From positions 1-64,000 of the forward strand of contig CAVXTP010000017.1 of NCBI GenBank assembly GCA_963764715.1: a DNA stretch of 64,000 nucleotides, read 5' to 3'. Below, in pieces: positions 48,952 to 59,101 of the stretch. Below the pieces are notes generated by a model. It saw only the letters and a program-made list of their open reading frames with translations. It did no database searches and had not been told where the DNA came from. The translations under genes and the position numbers were made by a program. This stretch comes from an uncultured Acidobacteriota bacterium (GTDB lineage Bacteria; Acidobacteriota; Thermoanaerobaculia; UBA5066; Gp7-AA6). Each line of letters starts with the position of its first letter. Within the stretch, counting starts at the first letter, position 1.

Positions 48952-50424
48952 ATGGCGTTTCGCCGTCTGTCGATCGCGGTCTTTTCGGTCCTGAGCCTCG
49001 CCCTGCCGCTCCGCGCCCAGGAGGGCTACCCGCTCTTCACGACCGACTTCCCGCCCGAGGAGTTCGCCGCGCGGCGCGCGAAGGTCTACGAGGCGATCGG
49101 CACAGACGCCTTCGCCGTGGTCCAGGGCGCGCCCTCCCCGCCGAGCTACACGCGCTTCCGGCAGTCGAACGAGCTCTACTACCTCTGCGGCATCGAGGTG
49201 CCCCACGCCTACCTCATCCTGGACGGCCGGGCGAAGAAGGCGACGCTGTTTCTGCCCAACCGCAACGAGGGCCGCGAGAAGGGCGAGGGCAAGGTGCTCT
49301 CGGCCGAAGACGCCGACGAGATCAGGAAGCTGTCCGGGGTCGACGCCGTGGCCTCGACCGACGTCCTCGCCGAGCAGCTCGAGAACCGGTACATGCGGCA
49401 GGGCCTGCGCGTCCTCTACACGCCGCTCGCTCCCGCCGAGGGCGGCGCGATGAGCCGGGACCTCGCGCTGCGCTTCACCGCGGACGCGGCCGCCGACCCG
49501 TTCGACGGGCGGCCCTCGCGCGCAGGCAACTTCACGGGCCTGATCCGCGGGCGCTTCCCGTTCTTCGAGATCAAGGACCTCTCCCCGACGCTCGACGCGC
49601 TGCGCCTGATCAAGAGCGAGCGAGAGCTCGCGGTCCTCCGCAAGGCCACGAAGCTCGCGGGCCTCGCGATCCTCGAGAGCATGCGGTCCGTCCGGCCGGG
49701 CCAGTACGAGCGGGAGCTCGACGCCGTCGCGAAGTTCGTCTTCTACCGCAACGGCGCGCAGGGCGATGCGTACTACTCGCTGATCGGCAGCGGCCGCAAC
49801 GCCTACTGGCCGCACTACAACGCCGGGAAGCGGAAGATGGAGGACGGCGACTTCCTCCTGATGGACTACGCCCCGGACTACGGGTACTACATGGCCGACG
49901 TCACGCGGATGTTCCCCGTCAACGGGAAGTTCTCCCAGTGGCAGAAAGAGCTCTACGGGTTCTATCTCGCCTGCTACCGCGAGATCCTCAAGGCGCTCGG
50001 CCCGGGCAAGACGGGGGCCGAGGTCATCCGGCAGGCCGGCGCCGCCATGGACCCGATCCTCGCCGCCGCGAAGTTCTCGAAGCCCTCCCACCGCAAGGCG
50101 GCCGAGGACTTCGTCGCGAGCTACAAGAAGAGCGGCGAGAGCGAGTACCCGTACGTCGGCCACTGGGTCGGGATGGCGACCCACGACGTCGGTTCCCACG
50201 AAGGCCCGCTGAAGCCGGGCATGGTTTTCACGATCGAGCCGGCGCTGACCGTGCCCGACGAGAAGATCTACGTCCGGCTCGAGGACATGGTCTTCATCAC
50301 CGCGACCGGCGCCGAGGTCGTCTCCAACGACGCCCCCTGGGACATCGACGCGATCGAGAAGGCGATGAAGGAAGAGGGGATGCTGAAGAAGTACCCGCGG
50401 GTGTATCCGCCGCCGGAGAAGTAG
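48952..50424 (+). CDS. Exported Xaa-Pro aminopeptidase (M24B)
   Basis: GGAGGAG RBS; LRLIKS, MDYAPD...ADVTR, GHWVGMATHD, TIEP, RLED. Confidence 0.92.
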   Translation: MAFRRLSIAVFSVLSLALPLRAQEGYPLFTTDFPPEEFAARRAKVYEAIGTDAFAVVQGAPSPPSYTRFRQSNELYYLCGIEVPHAYLILDGRAKKATLFLPNRNEGREKGEGKVLSAEDADEIRKLSGVDAVASTDVLAEQLENRYMRQGLRVLYTPLAPAEGGAMSRDLALRFTADAAADPFDGRPSRAGNFTGLIRGRFPFFEIKDLSPTLDALRLIKSERELAVLRKATKLAGLAILESMRSVRPGQYERELDAVAKFVFYRNGAQGDAYYSLIGSGRNAYWPHYNAGKRKMEDGDFLLMDYAPDYGYYMADVTRMFPVNGKFSQWQKELYGFYLACYREILKALGPGKTGAEVIRQAGAAMDPILAAAKFSKPSHRKAAEDFVASYKKSGESEYPYVGHWVGMATHDVGSHEGPLKPGMVFTIEPALTVPDEKIYVRLEDMVFITATGAEVVSNDAPWDIDAIEKAMKEEGMLKKYPRVYPPPEK

Positions 50425-50448
50425 GGGCAAGACTCGACGCCCCGGTAC

Positions 50449-50538
50449 GTAGGGGCGGGGCTTGCCCCCGCCCTCTCCATGGATTCTGCAGCGGCCGCTC
50501 GATCTCGAACGGGGGGCGGCCACGAGGGCCGCCCCTAC
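50449..50538. repeat. REP doublet
   Basis: gtaggggcggggcttgcccccgccc...gggcggccacgagggccgcccctac. Confidence 0.88.
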
Positions 50539-50639
50539 GAACCGGGGCGCGGCATCAGTTAGGCTCCACCACCATCGATTGAGGCGCGGGCGGATTCCGG
50601 CACGGACCGCGTCCGGCCCTCGATCTATGATCCCCGCGC

Positions 50640-51750
50640 GTGGCGAACCTGTCGGACACCGTCCAGGCCGTGTTCATGACGGCGCCCGGCCGTCCGCTCG
50701 AGGCGCGGCGCCTGCCCGCGCCCCGCCCCCGCCCCGGCGGCGCGGTGCTCGAGACCGTCGCGAGCGAGGTCTGCGGCACCGACGTCCACCTCCACCACGG
50801 CCGGCTCTCGGGCGTTCCCTACCCGATCATCCCGGGCCACGTGAGTGTCGGCCGGGTCCTCGAGACGAACGGAACGCTCGCCGACGTCGAGGGGCGCGCG
50901 ATCGCGCCGGGGACGCTCGTCACGTTCTACGACGTCTACGGAACGTGCGGCGCCTGCTGGCACTGCCTCGTCGCCCGCGCGGCGACGCGCTGCCCGCATC
51001 GCCGGGTCTACGGCATCACGGCCGCCGCCTCGGACGGGCTGCTCGGAGGCTGGTCGGAGCGGATCGAGATTCTCCCGGGAGTCCGGCTGGTGCCGCTGCC
51101 CGAGGGGATCGGCGCCGAGGATTTCCTGGGCGGCGGATGCGGCCTGCCGACCGGTTTCCACGCGGTCGAGCGCGCCGGCATCGCGATGGGCGACACCGTC
51201 GTCGTCCAGGGCTCGGGGCCCGTGGGCCTGAACGCCGCGATCTTCGCGCAGCTCTCGGGAGCGCTCGCGGTCTACGTCGTCGGCGCGCCGGAGGCGCGGC
51301 TCGACGGCCGCGCGGCGTCTCGGCGCGGAGGACACGCTCGACATCACCCGGGTTCCGGCGCTCGCCGACCGCGTCGCGTGGGTGCGCGACCGGACGCGCG
51401 GCCGGGGCGCCGACGTCGTCATCGAAGCCTCGGGCAACCCGGCGGCCGTCCCGGAAGGGCTCGAGATGCTCCGCGACGGCGGCCGCTACGTCGTCGTCGG
51501 ACAGTACACCGACTCGGGCGACGCCACGGTCAACCCCCATCGCCAGATCAACCGCAAGCACGCGACCGTCCTCGGCTGCTGGGGTTACGAGTTCTCGCAC
51601 CTCCACCGGTCGCTCGCCCTGATGGCGCGCCACGACGGCCGCTTCCGCTGGCGCGAGCTCGTCACCCGCGAGTACCCGCTCGAGAAGGCGGGCGAGGCGC
51701 TGGCGGACATGGAGAAGCTGGCGGTCGTCAAGGCCCTGATCCGGCCGTAG
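50640..51750 (+). CDS. Zinc-binding alcohol dehydrogenase family protein with one frameshift near 51303
   Basis: CGTDVH, CGACWHC and GSGPVG in one frame; GADVVIEASG...VKALIRP continues in the next frame. Confidence 0.85.
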
Positions 51751-51757
51751 CCACGAA

Positions 51758-51839
51758 GGGCGGGGATGAACCCCGCCCCTACGACGAGAGCCCGCATCGA
51801 GCTTGGCCACGGTCGTAGGGGCGGCCCTTGTGGCCGCCC
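51758..51839. repeat. REP doublet between convergent genes
   Basis: gggcggggatgaaccccgcccctac...gtaggggcggcccttgtggccgccc. Confidence 0.88.
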
Positions 51840-51886
51840 TCCGCCACCGATGACGGGATCCGCTGCGCCGCTGCACGGCTTCACCA

Positions 51887-52534
51887 CTACTCCCGCGATC
51901 CCGGCTCCTTCTCGATCCACAGCGGGTCCGGCACCCTGACGCCGAAGCGGACCGAGACCATTCGCAGAGCCACGATCGTCGCGAACCCGAGCGCCGCGCC
52001 GAGAAGCGGCGAGGCGCCGAGCCAGGTCGAACCGAGGAAGGCCCACGCCCCGGCGAACGACGAAACCGCGTAGAGCTCGCCCGGGCGAAAGACCACGGGG
52101 ATCTCGGTCGACACGACGTCGCGGAGCACGCCGCCGAAGGTCCCGGTGATCACGCCGATCAGGGACGCCACGAACGGAGGCATCCCCTGGTGCAGGGCGA
52201 AGCCCGTTCCCGTCAGCGTGAAGAGCGCCAGGCCCATCGCGTCGACGAAGACCGCCTGGCCGTGCCAGCGGCTGACGCGTTCGTAGACCGCCTTGCTGTA
52301 CACGAAGCCGACGCAGAGGACGACGATGACGAGCAGGTACTCCTCGTGGCTGACCCAGAAGAAGGGCCGGCGGTCGATCAGGAGATCGCGCAGCGTCCCG
52401 CCGCCGAGCGCGGTGACGACGGCCAGGCAGTACGTCCCGACGATGTCCATGCGCTTGCGCGCGGCCGTGATCATTCCGGAGACGGCGCTGACGACGACCG
52501 CCGCCGCCTCGAGCACGCCCGTCAGGTGCGGCAC
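51887..52534 (-). CDS. Trimeric intracellular cation channel / UPF0126 membrane protein
   Basis: TALGGGTLRD and TGTFGGVLRD repeats. Confidence 0.92.
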   Translation of the reverse strand: MPHLTGVLEAAAVVVSAVSGMITAARKRMDIVGTYCLAVVTALGGGTLRDLLIDRRPFFWVSHEEYLLVIVVLCVGFVYSKAVYERVSRWHGQAVFVDAMGLALFTLTGTGFALHQGMPPFVASLIGVITGTFGGVLRDVVSTEIPVVFRPGELYAVSSFAGAWAFLGSTWLGASPLLGAALGFATIVALRMVSVRFGVRVPDPLWIEKEPGSRE

Positions 52535-52537
52535 GGG

Positions 52538-53107
52538 CTACGGGCGGCGGGGCGAGGCCACGGCCGGCGGCGGCGCGAGGATCGGAAATCCGTTCGGGCC
52601 GATCGGCGGCGGGACCGACCCGGCCGTTCCCGGCGGCGCAATGATCGGAAACCCGTTCGGCCCGATTCGGGAGGGCGGCGGCGGACCGGGCGGCCGCGGG
52701 GGCCGAGGCCCGGGGTAGTAGCCGCCGCCCCAGGAGTACTCGCTGTATCCGTATCCCGGGTCGTAGTAACCCGCGGAGGGCGGGGCCGGCGGGGCTTCGG
52801 GCATCACGTACCCGGGGCCCTCGACCGCGTTGCCGACGTAGACCGTCTCGCCGGGCGCGAGCTTCTCCGACTTCGGCGGTTCCCCCTCCCGGGCCACGAC
52901 CTTCTCGACTTCCGAGGCCGACAGGCTCATGTAGATGCCGTCCGGATACCTGTGGAAAACCAGCACCCGCCCCTTCTTCAGGGGCAGGTCGGCCGAAAAA
53001 ATCTGCGAACCCCCCTTCAGCTCGAGGGCGTAGTAACCCAACGGGGCCGCGGAGGAGGCGTCAGCCGCCAGCGCCACGGCCAGAAAGCTGCTGAGCAGGC
53101 GAAACAT
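52538..53107 (-). CDS. Exported hypothetical protein with a Pro-rich tail
   Basis: Signal peptide MFRLLSSFLAVALAADASS; IGPNGFPI twice; 3' part of the listed 904-aa antisense ORF. Confidence 0.7.
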   Translation of the reverse strand: MFRLLSSFLAVALAADASSAAPLGYYALELKGGSQIFSADLPLKKGRVLVFHRYPDGIYMSLSASEVEKVVAREGEPPKSEKLAPGETVYVGNAVEGPGYVMPEAPPAPPSAGYYDPGYGYSEYSWGGGYYPGPRPPRPPGPPPPSRIGPNGFPIIAPPGTAGSVPPPIGPNGFPILAPPPAVASPRRP

Positions 53108-53248
53108 GGGCGACACCCCCCTGTTCTTTGGGTCAGGCCGGCTATGGTATAGACTCACAGGTCTGGGCGAAACAGGGCCGGTTCCGGCACGGGTGGTGGG
53201 GATCCCGCCCAGCTCACGAAACCGTAAGACATCGAGGATCGACGAATA

Positions 53249-55264
53249 ATGTCCGTCCGAAACGATTCGGGCTTGGGGCCCGATAGCGTCCCGAGCCAGG
53301 CGCAGCGCGCCTCCGTCCGAAACGCCGTCGAAGCCGCACAGAGATATCTCCTTTCGATTCAGGCCGAGGACGGCCATTGGTGCGGAGAGCTCGAGGGCGA
53401 CACCATCCTGGAATCCGAGTACGTGCTGACAATGCACTTTCTCGGGCGCCTCGGAGAGGACCGGTGCCGCAAGGCCGCCGAGTACCTCCGCCGGAAGCAG
53501 CTTCCGGGGGGCGGCTGGGCGATCTACGAGGGGGGGCCCCCCGAGGTCTCGTCTTCCGTCAAAGCTTACTTCGTCCTGAAGTTGATGGGCGACGACCCCG
53601 ACGCGCCGCACATGGTCAAGGCCCGCGAGACCATTCTGTCCCTCGGCGGGATCGAGGCCTGCAACTCCTTCACACGGATTTATCTCGCGGTCTTCGGACA
53701 GTGCTCGTGGGACGACTGCCCCGCGGTGCCGCCGGAGATCGTGCTGCTGCCGGACTCGTTCGTCTTCAACATCTACAAGATGTCGTCCTGGTCCCGCGGC
53801 ATCGTCGTCCCGCTCTCGGTCATCTGGGCCTCGAAGCCCTTTTGCCCGGTGCCGGACTTCGCCGCGATCCCGGAGCTCCACATCAAGCACAAGAAGGCCC
53901 CGCACGTTCCGCGCTCGCGCAGGGAGCGCTACTGGAGGGCCTTCTTCGTCAAGATCGACCACGCCTTCAAGCGGCTCGAGGCGGCGGGCATGACCCCCCT
54001 GCGCAAGAAGGCCCTCGCGGCCTGCGAGCAGTGGATCCACGAGCGGCTGGTCCAGTCCGACGGGCTCGGGGCCATCTTCCCGCCGATCATCAACACGATC
54101 ATCGCGTTCCGCTGCCTGGGATACGCGATGGACGATCCGCGGCTCGTCAAGCAGGTCAAGGAGCTGGAGCGGCTGGAGCTCGAGGACGAGGAGACGCTCC
54201 ACGTCCAGCCCTGCTTCTCCCCCGTCTGGGACACGGCGCTCGTCATGGAGGCCCTGTCCGACGGCGGAACGCCGGCCGACGATCCGGCGATGCTCAAGGC
54301 CGCCCGCTGGCTCCTCGACAAGGAAGTCAAAACGATCGGCGACTGCAAGAAGGCCTGCCCCGAGGCCGAGCCCGGCGGCTGGTACTTCGAGTACGCCAAC
54401 GAGTGGTACCCCGACACCGACGACACGGCCGAGGTCCTGACGGCCCTCTCGCGGGCCAGGTTCCCCGGCGAGGCCGACGACCTCGCCCGCCAGGGAGCGA
54501 TCGCGCGCGGCCAGGCGTGGCTGCTCGCGATGCAGAACCGGGACGGCGGCTGGGGCGCCTTCGACAAGGATTGCGACAACGAAGTCCTGACGTACATCCC
54601 CTTCGCCGACCACAACGCGATGATCGACCCGAGCTGCGAGGACATCACCGGCCGCGCGCTCGAGGCCTTCCACGCGATCGGCGTGCCGGCCGACCACCCG
54701 GCGGTCCGCCGCGCGGCGGAGTTCGTCGAGAGCAAGCAGTACCCCGACGGGACCTGGTACGGCCGCTGGGGCTGCAACTACATCTACGGCTCCTTCCTCG
54801 CGCTGCGGGGACTGCTGCACGCCGGGGCAGACCTGCGCGAGCCCCGCTTCCAGAAGACCGCGGCGTGGATCCGCTCCTGCCAGAACGCCGACGGCGGCTG
54901 GGGCGAGCTCCCGCACTCCTACGACGATCCCTCGACCAAAGGCCAGGGCCCCTCGACGCCCTCGCAGACGGCCTGGGCGCTCGTGGCGCTCTTCTCGACC
55001 GGCGATCGCGACTCCGAGTCCGTGCGCCGAGGGGTCGAGTACCTCCTGTCCCACCAGCTCTACGACGGCTCCTGGAAGGACGACCACTGGACCGCGACCG
55101 GGTTCCCGAAAGTCTTCTACCTGCGCTACCACCTCTACGCGACCTACTTTCCTCTCCGGGCGCTCGCGCTCTACGCGCGCGAGGGAACGACCGGAGTGTC
55201 CCGCCGGGCCGAGTACGGCGAGAACGTCCACGCCTCCCGGCGAACCGATCACGGAGTGAACTGA
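53249..55264 (+). CDS. shc: Squalene-hopene cyclase
   Basis: SPVWDT, catalytic DTDDTA, QW repeats (QNRDGGWG, QNADGGWG), TGFPKVFYLRY. Confidence 0.97.
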   Translation: MSVRNDSGLGPDSVPSQAQRASVRNAVEAAQRYLLSIQAEDGHWCGELEGDTILESEYVLTMHFLGRLGEDRCRKAAEYLRRKQLPGGGWAIYEGGPPEVSSSVKAYFVLKLMGDDPDAPHMVKARETILSLGGIEACNSFTRIYLAVFGQCSWDDCPAVPPEIVLLPDSFVFNIYKMSSWSRGIVVPLSVIWASKPFCPVPDFAAIPELHIKHKKAPHVPRSRRERYWRAFFVKIDHAFKRLEAAGMTPLRKKALAACEQWIHERLVQSDGLGAIFPPIINTIIAFRCLGYAMDDPRLVKQVKELERLELEDEETLHVQPCFSPVWDTALVMEALSDGGTPADDPAMLKAARWLLDKEVKTIGDCKKACPEAEPGGWYFEYANEWYPDTDDTAEVLTALSRARFPGEADDLARQGAIARGQAWLLAMQNRDGGWGAFDKDCDNEVLTYIPFADHNAMIDPSCEDITGRALEAFHAIGVPADHPAVRRAAEFVESKQYPDGTWYGRWGCNYIYGSFLALRGLLHAGADLREPRFQKTAAWIRSCQNADGGWGELPHSYDDPSTKGQGPSTPSQTAWALVALFSTGDRDSESVRRGVEYLLSHQLYDGSWKDDHWTATGFPKVFYLRYHLYATYFPLRALALYAREGTTGVSRRAEYGENVHASRRTDHGVN

Positions 55265-56265
55265 TGCGTTTTCCCACCCACATCATGACCGATACGATTC
55301 AGAACTCGGTCAGAAACGCGATTCGCGGCAACAAGCGGTACCCGTTCGTCCTGATGCTCGAGCCGCTCTACACGTGCAACCTGGCCTGTCTCGGGTGCGC
55401 CGTCGAGCGCCACACGGGCAAGCTCAAGGACCGGCTCACCCTCGACCAGTGCATCGAGGCCGTGGAGCGCTCCGAGGCCCCCGTCGTGTCGATCTGCGGC
55501 GGCGAGCCCACGATCTACCCGGAGCTGCCGCAGCTCGTCGAGGAGATCATCAAGAGGAAGCGCCACATCTACCTCTGCACCAACGGCCTGCTCCTCGACG
55601 AGAACGTCTACGGCGAGATCAAGCCCCACAAGCGGCTCATGATCAACGTCCACCTCGACGGCATGCGCGAGACTCACGACTACGTCTGCGCGCGCGAGGG
55701 CGTCTTCGACAGGGCGATCGCGATGATCGAGAAGGGCGTCAAGCTCGGCCACCACATGATGGCCAACACGACGGTCTTCAAGGAGACCAACGTCGACGAG
55801 GTCGAGGAGCTCTGCGAGCTGCTGACCAACATGGGCGTCGAGGGGATGCTCGTCTCCCCCGGCTACCACTACGACTCGGTCGGCGCCGACATCTTCCTGA
55901 CGAAGTCCGAGATCCACAAGAAGTTCCAGCGCGTGCTCGACATCTCCAAGAAGTACAAGCTGACCTCGACGCCGATGTTCCTCGAGTTCGCCGCGGGCCT
56001 GCGCGAGTACAAGTGCTCCCCCTGGTCGACCGTGACCTTCACGCCCAACGGCTGGAAGGGGCCCTGCTACCTGATCGGCAAGACCTGGTCCCCGACCTTC
56101 GAGGAGTTCTGGAACGGCACCGACTGGTCCTACTGGGAGTCCCGGAAGGACCCGATGTGCCAGAACTGCCTGATGCACTCCGGGTTCGAGGCCTCGGTCG
56201 TCATGGAGCTCCCGAAGCACCCGGGCGACATGGTCCGGATGATCGCCTGGAATTTGGCGGCCTGA
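55264..56265 (+). CDS. hpnH: Adenosylhopane synthase, radical SAM
   Basis: PFVLMLEPLYTCNLACLGC, SICGGEP, CQNCLMHSGFE; next to shc. Confidence 0.93.
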   Translation: MRFPTHIMTDTIQNSVRNAIRGNKRYPFVLMLEPLYTCNLACLGCAVERHTGKLKDRLTLDQCIEAVERSEAPVVSICGGEPTIYPELPQLVEEIIKRKRHIYLCTNGLLLDENVYGEIKPHKRLMINVHLDGMRETHDYVCAREGVFDRAIAMIEKGVKLGHHMMANTTVFKETNVDEVEELCELLTNMGVEGMLVSPGYHYDSVGADIFLTKSEIHKKFQRVLDISKKYKLTSTPMFLEFAAGLREYKCSPWSTVTFTPNGWKGPCYLIGKTWSPTFEEFWNGTDWSYWESRKDPMCQNCLMHSGFEASVVMELPKHPGDMVRMIAWNLAA

Positions 56266-56271
56266 GAATCG

Positions 56272-56375
56272 GGATGCAGGAAGCAGGATGCAGGAGGCAG
56301 GCTTCGCCGTAGTCCTTTCTGTGGAGGCAAGGGGTTCCGTCCTGCCTCCCGCCGCCCGCCGCCTGCCTCCTTTTT
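56272..56375 (+). repeat. Heptamer tandem repeats in inverted arrangement, followed by a T-run (possible terminator or attenuator)
   Basis: GGATGCA-GGAAGCA-GGATGCA-GGAGGCA ... CCTGCCT-CCCGCCG-CCCGCCG-CCTGCCT-CC-TTTTT. Confidence 0.6.
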
Positions 56376-56391
56376 CCGTGCCTCCTCCCCC

Positions 56392-57378
56392 GTGGATCTA
56401 GTCACCGGCGGAACGGGGTTCGTCGGCACGCACGTCGTCCGCGCGCTCCTCGCGCAGGGAAGCTCGGTGCGCGTGCTCGCCCGGCCCGCGAGCCGCCGCG
56501 AGAATCTCGAGGGGCTCGACGTCGAGGTCGTCCCGGGCGACCTGACCGATCCCGCCTCCCTCGCCCGCGCCATGCGGGGCGTCGCGACGCTCTACCACGT
56601 CGCCGCGGACTACCGCCTCTGGGCGAAGGACCCGCAGGAGCTCTATCGCGCCAACGCCGGCGGGACCGAGAGCATCCTCCGCGCCGCCGCCGAGGCCGGA
56701 GTCTCGCGGGTCGTCTACACGAGCTCGGTCGCCGCCCTCGGACTGACCGCCGACGGCTCGCCCGGGTCGGAAGAGACGCCGGTCGAGCGCGGGAAGATCA
56801 TCGGCCACTACAAGAAGTCGAAGTACGACGCCGAGCGCGTCGCCCTCGGCTGGGCGAAGAAGGGCCTGCCGGTCGTCATCGTGAATCCCTCGACGCCGGT
56901 CGGCGAGCGCGACGTCAAGCCGACGCCGACCGGCCGGCTGATCGTCGACTTCCTGAACCGGAAGATGCCCGCCTACGTGGACACGGGCCTCAACCTGATC
57001 GACGTGCGCGACGTCGCCGCGGGCCACCTCGCCGCAGCCGCGAAGGGGAAGCCCGGCGAGCGCTACATCCTCGGCCACCGCGACATGACCCTGAAGCAGA
57101 TCCTCGACACGCTCGCGACGCTCACCGGGCTGCCGGCGCCGACGGTGCGGCTGCCGCACTGGATCCCGCTCGCCGCCGCGGCGGTGTCGACGGGCGTCGC
57201 GCGCGTCACGGGCCGGCCGCCCGGCGTCTCGCTCGAGAGCGTGCGGATGTCGACGCACCGGATGTTCTTCGATGCCTCGAAGGCGGTGCGCGATCTCGGC
57301 CTGCCGCAGACGCCGGTCGAGGAGGCCCTCGCCCGCGCGGTCGAATGGTTCCGGTCGAACGGCTATGTCCGCGGCTGA
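56392..57378 (+). CDS. hpnA: Hopanoid-associated sugar epimerase/dehydratase
   Basis: VTGGTGFVG, HVAADYRLW, YKKSK, VNPSTPVG.RDVKPTPTG. Confidence 0.92.
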   Translation: MDLVTGGTGFVGTHVVRALLAQGSSVRVLARPASRRENLEGLDVEVVPGDLTDPASLARAMRGVATLYHVAADYRLWAKDPQELYRANAGGTESILRAAAEAGVSRVVYTSSVAALGLTADGSPGSEETPVERGKIIGHYKKSKYDAERVALGWAKKGLPVVIVNPSTPVGERDVKPTPTGRLIVDFLNRKMPAYVDTGLNLIDVRDVAAGHLAAAAKGKPGERYILGHRDMTLKQILDTLATLTGLPAPTVRLPHWIPLAAAAVSTGVARVTGRPPGVSLESVRMSTHRMFFDASKAVRDLGLPQTPVEEALARAVEWFRSNGYVRG

Positions 57379-58111
57379 GGACGCGCCGGCCCTCGTTCTC
57401 ACGGCGATCCCCGAAGAGCGCGCCGCGATCGCGAGGCGGCTTTCCGGCCACGCCGTCGTCGTCGCGACGGGAGACGGGCCGCGAAACGCCGCTCGCGGCG
57501 CGGCGGAGGCGATCGAGCGCCACCGGCCGAGTGTCGTCTTCGGCGTCGGCGTCGCCGGCGCCCTGACGCCGGGCCTCGCGGCGGGAGAAATCCTGGCGTC
57601 CGGCCGCATCCTCGACGCCCGGGGCGAGACCCCTCCCCCGTCCCGCAAGCTTCTCGAGGCCGCCCTCGCCGCGACGGGAATCCGGGCCGGCACCCTGCTC
57701 ACCATCGACCGGCCGGCCGTCTCGGCCGCCGAGAAGGCGACGCTCGCCGCCTCGACCGGCGCCCCGGCGGTCTGCGACATGGAGTCCGCCGCGTGGGCCC
57801 GCGCCGCCGCGGCGGCGGGCGTGCCGTACCTGGTGCTTCGCGCCGTGAGCGACACGGCCGAAGAAGACCTGCCGCGATATCTTGCGCGGTGCATGAACGC
57901 CGGTGGAGGGATCAGCCGCGCCGCGGTGACGTTCCAGGCCCTCCTCCACCCGGCGACGATCCCGGACCTCCTCCGCATGCGCCGCCGCGTGGCGATGTGC
58001 GGCGAAAGGCTGGGCGACCTCCTGGCTGCGGTCGTCGGGGCGGAGGTTGCGGGCGCCCCGAAGAACCGGGCGGGGACGAGCCCCGCCCCCACGAACGGGG
58101 GCCCGCGGTGA
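57365..58111 (+). CDS. hpnG: Nucleoside phosphorylase-like protein (adenosylhopane nucleosidase) with a REP-derived tail
   Basis: GVAGAL, CDMESAA, LRAVSD; hopanoid gene context. Confidence 0.75.
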   Translation: MSAAEDAPALVLTAIPEERAAIARRLSGHAVVVATGDGPRNAARGAAEAIERHRPSVVFGVGVAGALTPGLAAGEILASGRILDARGETPPPSRKLLEAALAATGIRAGTLLTIDRPAVSAAEKATLAASTGAPAVCDMESAAWARAAAAAGVPYLVLRAVSDTAEEDLPRYLARCMNAGGGISRAAVTFQALLHPATIPDLLRMRRRVAMCGERLGDLLAAVVGAEVAGAPKNRAGTSPAPTNGGPR

Positions 58112-59007
58112 CCTCCCTCGAGCACCTCCTCGAGAAGACCAGCCGCACCTTCGCGCTGTCCATCCCGGTGCTGCCGGAGCCGACGCGGCGCGAGGTGATG
58201 ATCGCGTATCTGCTCTTCCGCATCGCCGACACGTTCGAGGACGCGTCGCACTGGACGCCCGAGGCGCGCATCGGGGCGATCGCCGACTTCAACGCGCTGC
58301 TGTCCGCGTCCAACCGCCCGCGCGCCGAGCGCCTCGCCCGCGACTGGGTCTCCCGGGAAGTCGCGCACCACGCCGGCTACCAGGAGCTCATGGCAGAGAC
58401 GCCCTTCGTCCTCGACGCCTTCTTCGCGCTTTCGGAAGGCGCCATCCCGCCGATCCGGGAGCACGTCGTCCGCTCGGCCGAGGGCATGGCGTCGATCGTC
58501 GCCCGCACCCGGGGCGGCCAGCTCGAGCTTCACTCGATCCAGGAGCTGAAGGACTACTGCTACATCGTGGCCGGCATCGTCGGAGAGATGCTGACGGAGC
58601 TCTTCCTCCTCGGCCGGCCGGGGCTCGAGGGCACCGCGGCGTACCTCCGGGAGCGCGCCGCGACGTTCGGCGAAGCCCTCCAGCTCGTCAACATCCTCAA
58701 GGACTCCGCCTCCGACGCGGAGGAAGGCCGCCGCTACCTGCCGGCGGAGGTTCCCGTCTCCGAGGTCTTCGCGCTCGCGCGCCGCGACCTCGGCGTCGCG
58801 GGCGAGTACATCCGCGCGCTGCAGACGGCGGACGCGCCGCGCGGCCTCGTCGAGTTCACGGCGCTGCCCGTGCAGCTCGCCTGGGCCGCCCTCGAGCAGG
58901 TCGAGAAACGCGGACCGGGCTCGAAGGTGTCCCGGCCCGAAGTCTTCCTGATCACGCAGCGCCTCAAGCGGGCCCTCGACCGGGGGGAGCCGGCCGTCGC
59001 CCGCTGA
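58108..59007 (+). CDS. Squalene/phytoene synthase family protein (single-enzyme SQS type)
   Basis: TSRTFALSI, YLLFRIADTFED, YCYIVAGIVG, LQLVNILKD. Confidence 0.88.
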   Translation: MTSLEHLLEKTSRTFALSIPVLPEPTRREVMIAYLLFRIADTFEDASHWTPEARIGAIADFNALLSASNRPRAERLARDWVSREVAHHAGYQELMAETPFVLDAFFALSEGAIPPIREHVVRSAEGMASIVARTRGGQLELHSIQELKDYCYIVAGIVGEMLTELFLLGRPGLEGTAAYLRERAATFGEALQLVNILKDSASDAEEGRRYLPAEVPVSEVFALARRDLGVAGEYIRALQTADAPRGLVEFTALPVQLAWAALEQVEKRGPGSKVSRPEVFLITQRLKRALDRGEPAVAR

Positions 59008-59101
59008 GCGACCCGTTGGGGCCTTGCGGCGGCCCTCGATTCGGAGATAATGCCGCCGCCCCCAGAGCCGACTCATGATTCGAACCACCAACGGAACCTC
59101 G

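Noticed and set aside
50558-50564. Isolated GTTAGGC core
   Set aside because: No inverse core or hairpin nearby; expected by chance.
51295-51320. Programmed frameshift in the alcohol dehydrogenase gene
   Set aside because: No slippery sequence; a single indel from mutation or sequencing error is simpler.
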